Source of the DNA: a virus
Virus record (IMG/VR): IMGVR_UViG_3300044681_000098
Location: 9,749 to 73,748 of that record
Direction: 5' to 3' (one strand)
DNA: 64,000 nucleotides
The notes beneath the pieces were generated by a model that worked only from the letters and a program-made list of their open reading frames with translations, did not search any database and was not told where the DNA came from. Below, piece by piece: positions 59,201 through 64,000 of the stretch (its first letter is position 1; each line of letters starts with the position of its first letter). Both the position numbers and the translations under genes were made by a program.

Positions 59201-60493
59201 GATACTCAAATGTATGTCCAACCAGAGTATCGTGGTTCCTCTCTAAATAACATCATCGTAACTAAGACTGTTGACACCAAAGTTCCACAACAACAGTGGA
59301 GTCTCGATAAAGCTGACGGTAGAGGTAGAAGCGGATACATCCTTGATCTGAATAAGATTCAGATGGTGTATATCGACTACTCATGGTATGGTGCTGGTAA
59401 GATCCGCTTCGGATTTAAGAATAACAAAGGTGAGTGTGTATACTTCCACGAGTTCAAACATAATAACAACTTCACAGAAGCATATATGCGTTCTGGTAAC
59501 ATTCCAGCAAGATATGAGGTGGTAACAAAAGGTCAACCAACCTTCTCGCCTTCTCTATTCCACTGGGGTACTTCTGTTATTATGGACGGTCGCTTCGATG
59601 ACGACAAGGCATACTTGTTCACTGCTGACTCCGATGTGGTTTCTTTGACTAACGGTTCTATTGCTATCCTATCAGGCGCAGCAGGTTATAGCGCCAGAAG
59701 AAATACCAATTACTTCACGATCGCTCTATCAGACGCTACCAAGTATACTAAGGGTGGAACTGTTATCCTTGTGACTAGCTATACAAGTGCAACAGTATAT
59801 ACTTTAGACACGTTTAACCAATACTTGCCAGCAAATACTGTTATTACTGGTGTTGACTTGTCAATCGGTAATAACTTGGCAAGAGTTTATATGTCTAATA
59901 ATTGGAGACAAGACTACAACGTGTCTCCAACTACCTTCGTTAGAGTTGCTGTTGGTGGTGGTACTTCTGCTAAATCAATTTCTGACTTGGCTCCAATTCC
60001 TCTAGTTTCTGTTCGTCTAGCACCTTCTGTTGATAACGGATTGTCTGGTGGTCTAGGATTCCGTGATGTTATTAACAGAATGCAATTGACTCTGAACTCT
60101 TGCGGTGTTCTAGTTTCGCACGAATCTGAGGTTCGTCTATACTTGAACGGTGAGTTGTCCGACTCTGCGTTTATTAATAACCAGTCGCCTTCGCTCTCTC
60201 AGCTGTATAGACACAAACCTGGAGAAACAGTTAGAAATGGTATCTTGTTGTTCTCGTTCAGAGCAACTGGTGGTACTCAAACTACAAGTGGTAAGAGAAC
60301 CTTAGTTCAGACTTCTCAAGATCTTGGCGACATCGCTACATTGGGTAACTCTATCCTTGGTGGTGATGAGGTCTTCCCTAACGGTCCAGATATCTTGACA
60401 ATCACAGCAACGCCAATTGATACTTCTACAATTACTGCTGCTGAACCATACCAAGCGTCTGCTCGTATCACTTGGTCTGAGTCACAAGCGTAA
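50282..60493 (+). CDS. giant 3403-aa repeat-rich virion/fibre protein
   Basis: uninterrupted ORF with GAGGA RBS; Thr/Gly/Ser-rich; many HG-x3-G-D and T-x-GL-x-VG-M repeats. Confidence 0.85.
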   Translation: MAKKLLATGYRIDRNNNSIFLEGNVLHQRLLLITDVTLNRILYNFADEGSGLISINYDGDTQETELILRQSLSNLNVLDTDTLQVLIEEESTSFRPEDPFLDPVSKIRVSQPENLIDTDFEYGLQSTKWETLKLVNNIPSFYSKNGVSSVTVTSVQSTVQDNKVIVTAPNHGLAVGSPFEITGLSNSQFEGGYIVTTIISPDQFSYQLPFKSLVTQELATVYTNILPGAFYFGSQITVVDITTNGLPESHLTVQTRYPHGFSINTPFYFLNTVAVFRQDIPVTQFVIDDTVTNDVSTTTESVGESVNDYRISSVTPYNFIGRNTRYIDSTNAIISTYVPISSVRVTSGGAGYQQDPVVLPKGVNTGTISQTSYEIAWNASTGVALATDIITTAANNFQTGDRIEYFGPATANTATSSGVISGNSLVDNLTGTDNYTGVTDTNGRGFVATMITTSATFNGAALGATTATMSIPEINVDSNLSLPQIGMAIQLRVGAAYILPNGTKISNVSLSAGTYTLSLEFPAPLSAAINATLPGAAFATGIDPIDNTFYAKSHGFETGDYINYVYTAATGGTGNFPASSVGPTGLTSGTRYNLIKLDDDRFRLATSRENAHRGIPVDITDIGFPTQTAGQNVVPGIKFYGQNKSIYYRRISATTGTLHPTQADALSNTNILNFTAAGTNVAHNFSAARAVLTAVRTGNQLTGVTVDDGGNTYEKNSAITVLAKQTVRSIQSTNNGGGYASGTTNVLRFKTQEWDSPIYVGMRVTGTGIPANYSVQSISDDPVNPGYQSISINGNINANIAVGNVLTFEDPAGTAAVAVPNVRTQCVYYPNHNYVIGDVVYFAAPPNPVGVTGTQFYGGVAESRAYYVYPIDSDYFALVTSFPSTGYTVTTSNSRVAITTTGTVYLDRKFMMTTAARVTSVGSNIINWSSPTPISLVNGDAIVISSGSGGTDTIASLPANSVSAAVGATYDNGLHRVFYIVNSNQNGLAQSGAIQISQTPNGAIQTLGAMTGAVLLIPAVVIPEADSIYSPNHGFQNDDFVTYTSTGTAITGLNAQIGSNGYLINRISDNRFKLKTTAGAIVDLKNFGSGTHAFSNTKYAESANVINKVGHGFNTGDEVIYDADGNPIIDGLVSNGVYVIKKVSDDAFRVSAASNSADMKITRVAKLAANTTITVEFQINHGLSVGDSIIIRDNPIQYMNNYWTVASVPATPTVNGSPSSITITVPYFIDSSPAVTQNIVAGTTYGIGYKYVNFKYVTANNALITPAAVGNTFTTFQAFDSQITKETPAVQGGSIVSALRTRQSTVIPTGSYVDTVSGTSIRKAKIYFNRSIIDTISRESDVVTVTTVDPHGYADGQTVVISGLVDETFNTGITPVAITLIDSTSFSFSQVGDDATEDGTSLSHVDMALTSAQAALFNANGVDSTSTTTLTLQAAASGATTLTLRAAANTAISNVSKTLVAGAGLIGQTTLTVPDLVGIRPGNPVSGVGINVAAKVKSIISDTAPYQIELTHPHTANTTATAYLFYQIQVGQKVVATAPHDAETVRTTTASATNFRLVATTAPANAKVGQYVTGNRATTVFDGDSEPDTNTFDVPTTDNVYTVPRIVQTRYDGPSPFTGTSSYLGATAPGNLGAVTAAGSGFTNIRNFQSGAGGSTAVLVGASQFIVTDHCWEVGDAVIYESFGDTAVAPLVSGTTYYVIPGDGSGGFPYDNIQLALSPEDAATGTFIPLVGTGGGQFHRFFSPRVLFGPSLVGSITNATGTIAIGMGVTAVSTAATPVNQTTIPDFTKVTDIVDMSAQARANAAGYKYRVVVDSVMQAVGTSSSTAVTVTMNRIRAGAFSNGTTVYTDSTTGLAVGMKLDLGTNAAFSGTEAGVLANDTIITAIAGDGKSFTISASPSTNIKNARVIAGTGSSQVSSTTIFTSDTTGLVVGMCLNVDSSSASGGAGALTGITDTDATTVTRVTSVSTYSFTVSRAASTALKAAKVSAGAASAPNITGSQSRVYLYSTDNIQKGMFIKVDAGTGLAFGQVANTATAGVVNVINPTEKWVSLATGTTVWNATPTAFDITTPLASAAISFGANSDAADKIFLPSVSGINTGMALTLNSASSGTLQANTTIIAVDPALRSIQLSATPAVAVVGGSFTGTIADGIVEGLYVTSNEPNFPEGAYVTNVTGTTIELNVPHGGVRSGQSVSFSPFAEGTQITTITADAVNGTNIVLNQAHAGILGGTNVEFRKIPDNTYLSSIANYAATNWDLTLTPKNPIGSAIVVDTGTANDRPLSYNFIGSDKNLGSITDFNTLGTHIFTRSSNADGVYTVEDIPEPNKFVVRTDGFIPFNTKSFLDSNVNYTQSYIYIASHKFRDGTSLIYRAGSADPIPCLAYTDFEGNEQTTLIDGVIYYAVVVDPNYIKLATSFDDATSDNPSTIDFDSGATPMQGQQSFDTYSILGLTTGEGRVQITEESDIVVGVGTKFLTNFKGGDVFRFYTAANPGLIFSYLVSSVKSDTSMKLQQVVPTNGTVSFNTITNRTVTGTAVTVGTQTITISSSTGLAVGYQISDALGTYFQANTRITAINGNVLSLDKYLIVNAPANTAVQILPLFQYFINTNMYVKSNAVTTHRPFDGGVSMTTGLAPDSTITRQTRRYFRYQSGKGIQCSMAINFNPPNDIEELSSSGNIAKVKVDIPHGFNSGSTNRIRITEAETPSGHNGYNGEFQIQEVIDDYTFTYVYEDTGLIGKVSDGSSTITNVATFTDIEVGKILKPGTYAGITVPENCFITSVNQTARTVSLDKNLTGDTSFVEIDTITRVNNVTVVVTTTDHALANGDFVSIQDVATSGLNINYAPVRVLDSTTFEFDSNAVDANDVGGSVYILTRITAYRQNGSSVSYGFPKYNLKSWQDASIRAGMFDNQNGMFFEYDGQNLYCVRRSSVQQISGKSTATYRSSLITGTNTKYTTQLSVGEFIVIRGMSYKVIGIDSDTQMYVQPEYRGSSLNNIIVTKTVDTKVPQQQWSLDKADGRGRSGYILDLNKIQMVYIDYSWYGAGKIRFGFKNNKGECVYFHEFKHNNNFTEAYMRSGNIPARYEVVTKGQPTFSPSLFHWGTSVIMDGRFDDDKAYLFTADSDVVSLTNGSIAILSGAAGYSARRNTNYFTIALSDATKYTKGGTVILVTSYTSATVYTLDTFNQYLPANTVITGVDLSIGNNLARVYMSNNWRQDYNVSPTTFVRVAVGGGTSAKSISDLAPIPLVSVRLAPSVDNGLSGGLGFRDVINRMQLTLNSCGVLVSHESEVRLYLNGELSDSAFINNQSPSLSQLYRHKPGETVRNGILLFSFRATGGTQTTSGKRTLVQTSQDLGDIATLGNSILGGDEVFPNGPDILTITATPIDTSTITAAEPYQASARITWSESQA

Positions 60494-60503
60494 GGAGAAA
60501 ATA

Positions 60504-61127
60504 ATGGCGTTTATTGGAAGAGATCCTAGCTACGGAACCTTTGAGAAGCAGTTACTGAATACCAATGGTTCCACTACTAACTTTTTGTTAGATTACTTGG
60601 TATCAAGTGCTGCATCAATGTTGGTAGTAAATGCTGGAGAAGTGTTACAACCTGAAGTTGACTATGATATTACTGATGGAGGAGCAGAGATTGAGTTCGT
60701 CGATCCTCCATCAGGAACTACCTTTATCGTCTTCTTAGGTAAGCAGTATTTGGTTCCAACGGTAGCTGACCAGTCACTCGACAGGAATGCGTTCTCCCAA
60801 ACCCTACAACAATCAGTTATCCCACTTTGGGTTCCTGTTAGCGCCAGCACTGCAGTTACTGCTGGTAGCTATTATGTCGTAAACACAAGTTCATCTGCAG
60901 TAACTTTAACATTACCTGCTAACCCATTGTTTGGGCAGACGTTTAGAGTTATCGACGGTGAGGGTTCATTCTCAACAAATAACTGTATTCTGAACCCAAA
61001 TGGTAAAAAGATTATGGGTGCTACATCAAACTTCACCCTATCAGTGAACAGAACCTCTATCGCATTCGTTTACAATAATGAAGCGAATGGATGGGTTGCA
61101 ATTGAAAATCACAATTTTGTAACCTAA
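60504..61127 (+). CDS. putative fibre/baseplate accessory protein
   Basis: AAGGAG RBS; MAFIGRDP resembles the 48813 N-terminus; VNTSSSAVTLTLPANP C-domain. Confidence 0.7.
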   Translation: MAFIGRDPSYGTFEKQLLNTNGSTTNFLLDYLVSSAASMLVVNAGEVLQPEVDYDITDGGAEIEFVDPPSGTTFIVFLGKQYLVPTVADQSLDRNAFSQTLQQSVIPLWVPVSASTAVTAGSYYVVNTSSSAVTLTLPANPLFGQTFRVIDGEGSFSTNNCILNPNGKKIMGATSNFTLSVNRTSIAFVYNNEANGWVAIENHNFVT

Positions 61128-61160
61128 TAAATATGTATGTAATACTGTGGAGAGGATAAA

Positions 61161-61493
61161 TTGGCTACAATAACAAACTTATACGTTGATCAAGGAACCA
61201 CCTTCGAGACGATCGTTGATGTGACTAACCAAGATGGCACACCTCTCAATCTTTCAGGATATACAGTTGTTGCTCAAATGAGAAAGTCTTATCAGTCTTC
61301 CTCGTCTACCTCATTTAATGCTTCAGTGTTCGGAGATCCAGAAAATGGTCAAATTAGTTTGACTTTAGATCCAGAGGATACGTCAGGCATGCGTGCAGGA
61401 AGATACCTTTATGATGTTGAAATCAGCGCAAGTGGAAAGACATACAGAGCATTGGAAGGTATCGTTTTAATCTCACCAGAAATCACGAGATAA
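61161..61493 (+). CDS. BppU-like virion structural protein
   Basis: NLYVDQGTTF, LSGYT..AQMRKSY and GRYLYDVEI. Confidence 0.7.
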   Translation: MATITNLYVDQGTTFETIVDVTNQDGTPLNLSGYTVVAQMRKSYQSSSSTSFNASVFGDPENGQISLTLDPEDTSGMRAGRYLYDVEISASGKTYRALEGIVLISPEITR

Positions 61494-61498
61494 CTAAA

Positions 61499-61753
61499 AT
61501 GGGCATTAAGGCAAAACTTAGTCAACAGGTAATACCGCAAGCCAAGGTAAGCACTCTTGGTTCACAGGTTAAAGTACCAGCAGTAGGTATCCAAGGGATA
61601 CAGAGCGGTGCTATTGGTAGTATTAGTACCTTATCTGATGTTGACCTAACAAACACCGAAGATGGTTCTTTATTAATATACACGCAAGCAACTACTAGAT
61701 GGACTGCTTCTAGAAACTTAAACGCCCAAGACATGGACGGTGGAAATTTTTAA
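61499..61753 (+). CDS. small fibre-associated protein
   Basis: LSDVD...DGSLLIY...W motif; ends DGGNF. Confidence 0.65.
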   Translation: MGIKAKLSQQVIPQAKVSTLGSQVKVPAVGIQGIQSGAIGSISTLSDVDLTNTEDGSLLIYTQATTRWTASRNLNAQDMDGGNF

Positions 61754-61767
61754 TCGGAGATAATTAG

Positions 61768-63957
61768 ATGGCATCAATTATTCGCATCAAACGATCTACT
61801 ACTTCTGGGGATCCGTCAACACTAGGTAACGGCGAATTAGCCTACTCAGCGTTAAGCGGAACCCAATCAAATGGTGGTGATCGTCTTTACATTGGTATTG
61901 GATCAGAAACTGCAGGTAATGCGGCGAACCACTTCGTTGTTGGTGGTAAATACTTCACGGATCTTTTAGATCACCAGCACGGCACAGTTACTGCATCCTC
62001 AGCGCTAATTGTTGATGCTAACAAGAAACTAGATGAGTTGAATGTCGATAATTTGACATTGAACACCAACACTCTGAGTTCTACAGATGCTAACGGTAAT
62101 ATCTACATAGATCCAAACGGTACTGGCTACGTCCAGATCGTTGGAACAAACGGATTGGTTATTCCAGTAGGAACAAATCTCCAACAAGGTCCAGCTGTTC
62201 AAGGTGCTATTAGATACAACACAGATACTTCTTCGTTTGAAGGTTACTCAGGAACTACTTGGGGATCTCTCGGTGGAGTTAAATCTGTTGACCAGTTAAC
62301 TTACATCACTGCTGAATCAACTCCAGGTGCTTCTGATGACACGCTATCGTTTGTCACAAATGGAACAGAGCGTTTCTTCATTGATACAGATTCTGCTGAA
62401 TTTGATTCGACAGTAGTAGTTAGAATCGACTCAACTACTACTTCAACTAGCTCATCAAGTGGTGCGCTAGTTGTTTCTGGTGGTGTTGGTATCGGTGAAA
62501 ACCTTTATGTTGGTGGAAACATAAACGTAACTGGTGGTTTGACTGTTAGTGGTGCACAAACTCTAACAGGCGACTTCGGTATCAATGGTGGTGACTTATA
62601 CTCTACTTCTACCACATTCAACCTGTTAAACAGAGATGACGCAAACTCTGTAACTGAAGATGGTCCAACTACAGTAAATGCCTTCTTAGGTGCTACATCA
62701 GTTAACATTGCAGCAAATAGTGGAACTACAACTGTCAATAATAACTTAAATGTTAAGCTCGACGCTGATGTTGACGGAAACCTAAACGTAGACGGAACTG
62801 CGCAAATTGATGGTGCAACAACTATCGGTGCAGCTGGAACTCGTGCTGCACTAACAGTATATGGTACTACGGTTTCTATCGTTGGTACTGATAATACAAC
62901 AATGGGTATTAATGCTGCTACAGCATCAAACCTAACTTATACTTTACAAGCTGACAATACAGTTGGTGATGCAAACCTTGATATCAATGTCAAGAATGCT
63001 GCTACATTAGACGCAACAAGCATCTCTCTAGATGCTACAGAATCTTCCAACTTAACAGTTACTGCAAACTCTGGTAGCAACCATACACTAACTATCGATT
63101 CGTCGAACTCTGGTGCTGGTCTTGGACTTATTGCAATCGGTTCTACCAACACTGATGAAATAAATGTCACATCAGGCGACCAAGTAAATGTCGATGCTCC
63201 TGATGTAAACGTAGGTGCAGATACCTTCGACATCGTTGGTAAGTCTACAGCTGATGCAGCAGTAACAATCACTGGTTCGTTGGATGTTGATTCTATCAAG
63301 ATCGATGGAAGAACAATTTCTTCTACTGATGCAGCTAACCAAGAAATTATCATTGACCCATATCCAGCTGGTGGCGACAACGGTGGTACAGTTATCATCA
63401 AAGGTAACTTGCAAGTTGATGGTACTACAACTACCGTTAACTCGACTCAAGTCACTATTGACGATCCAATCTTCACTCTTGGTGGAGACACTGTTCCAAT
63501 AGCAGACGACAACTTAGATCGTGGTATCAAGTTTAACTGGCACAATGGCTCCGACGCTAAAGTTGGTTTCTTCGGTTACGATGATTCTGCTGCTGAGTAT
63601 GTGTTTATTTCTGATGCTACTGAAGCATCCAATACATTCTCTCCAGCGACAGCAAACGTATTTGGTAACCTACGTGCTGGTAAGCTAGCACTGAAAGATA
63701 CTACAGCATCTACATCTTACTCTACTGGAGCATTGATTGTTGATGGTGGTGTTGGTATCGCTGGTCAACTAAACGTAGATGGCGCTGTTAACAAATTTAC
63801 AGGAACTACTGCTTCTACATCGATTACTACAGGCACTGTTGTTGTCTCTGGTGGTGTTGGTGTCGCAGGTTCTGTGTATCTTGGTGTCAATTTGATTGGT
63901 TCTGGGGCAGCAACTTCTGACCTAGACGGATTTAACATTGATGGTGGTACGTACTAA
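61768..63957 (+). CDS. tail fibre protein
   Basis: IIRIKRS...L.NGELAY N-domain; GAIRYNTD; repeated GALVVSGGVGI; GNLQVDGTTTTVNST; ends IDGGTY. Confidence 0.8.
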   Translation: MASIIRIKRSTTSGDPSTLGNGELAYSALSGTQSNGGDRLYIGIGSETAGNAANHFVVGGKYFTDLLDHQHGTVTASSALIVDANKKLDELNVDNLTLNTNTLSSTDANGNIYIDPNGTGYVQIVGTNGLVIPVGTNLQQGPAVQGAIRYNTDTSSFEGYSGTTWGSLGGVKSVDQLTYITAESTPGASDDTLSFVTNGTERFFIDTDSAEFDSTVVVRIDSTTTSTSSSSGALVVSGGVGIGENLYVGGNINVTGGLTVSGAQTLTGDFGINGGDLYSTSTTFNLLNRDDANSVTEDGPTTVNAFLGATSVNIAANSGTTTVNNNLNVKLDADVDGNLNVDGTAQIDGATTIGAAGTRAALTVYGTTVSIVGTDNTTMGINAATASNLTYTLQADNTVGDANLDINVKNAATLDATSISLDATESSNLTVTANSGSNHTLTIDSSNSGAGLGLIAIGSTNTDEINVTSGDQVNVDAPDVNVGADTFDIVGKSTADAAVTITGSLDVDSIKIDGRTISSTDAANQEIIIDPYPAGGDNGGTVIIKGNLQVDGTTTTVNSTQVTIDDPIFTLGGDTVPIADDNLDRGIKFNWHNGSDAKVGFFGYDDSAAEYVFISDATEASNTFSPATANVFGNLRAGKLALKDTTASTSYSTGALIVDGGVGIAGQLNVDGAVNKFTGTTASTSITTGTVVVSGGVGVAGSVYLGVNLIGSGAATSDLDGFNIDGGTY

Positions 63958-64000
63958 ATAATTCATACCTTTGGTAGTTTTTACTACCTCATACCCTTTT

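Larger units (their letters stand above)
19337..63960. promoter_or_regulatory. dispersed set of T4-type late promoter motifs (C/A)TAAATA
   Basis: copies at or near gene boundaries: +19337, -22629, -25282, +32340, +38716, +40240, +48195, +49999, +61127, +63954. Confidence 0.65.

Noticed and set aside
28823-63502. Numerous short antisense and alternate-frame ORFs inside structural genes
   Set aside because: No RBS or recognisable motifs; expected by-products of codon bias in long genes.
40282-63957. Inteins, introns or a diversity-generating retroelement in the giant genes
   Set aside because: No splice-junction motifs, homing endonuclease, reverse transcriptase or near-identical repeat pair was noticed; reading by eye could miss a diverged copy.
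1-64000. Alternative genetic code (stop codon reassignment)
   Set aside because: Core genes are intact under the standard code, and TAG, TGA and TAA all end genes at expected positions (phoH ends in TAG).

Overview
A 64 kb segment of a large, AT-rich T4-like myophage using the standard genetic code; a proteobacterial, possibly betaproteobacterial, host is inferred. About 1-18.4 kb is an accessory region: tRNA-Gly(TCC), metallophosphoesterase, MazG-like, SGNH, HAD nucleotidase, DenV-like, 2OG-Fe(II) oxygenase, FmdB, PhoH, GH19 endolysin, PD-(D/E)XK nuclease, a PlcP-like phosphoesterase with a GT2 glycosyltransferase, a circularly permuted (two-piece) tmRNA, a four-gene exported/membrane operon, a SleB hydrolase and ClpP. 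It is followed by gp33-gp59-gp32, a minus-strand block (gp4, gp2, gp54, gp16, gp26, gp51, gp29), a plus-strand baseplate block (gp48, gp53, hub, gp5, PAAR, gp25, gp6, gp7, gp8) and very large virion/fibre genes (2575 aa, 3403 aa). Best leads: (1) a putative PlcP plus glycosyltransferase lipid-remodelling and phosphate-scavenging module near PhoH; (2) a permuted tmRNA with tag ANEEVYALAA, a hammerhead-like core in its intervening segment and a phage ClpP nearby; (3) a late-expressed four-gene envelope operon with an Asn/Thr-rich repeat and a leader with two alternative folds; (4) a T8 slippery site predicting a -1 fusion of gp26 and gp51 just before the tape measure gene. All family assignments come from motif recognition by eye; no database searches were run.
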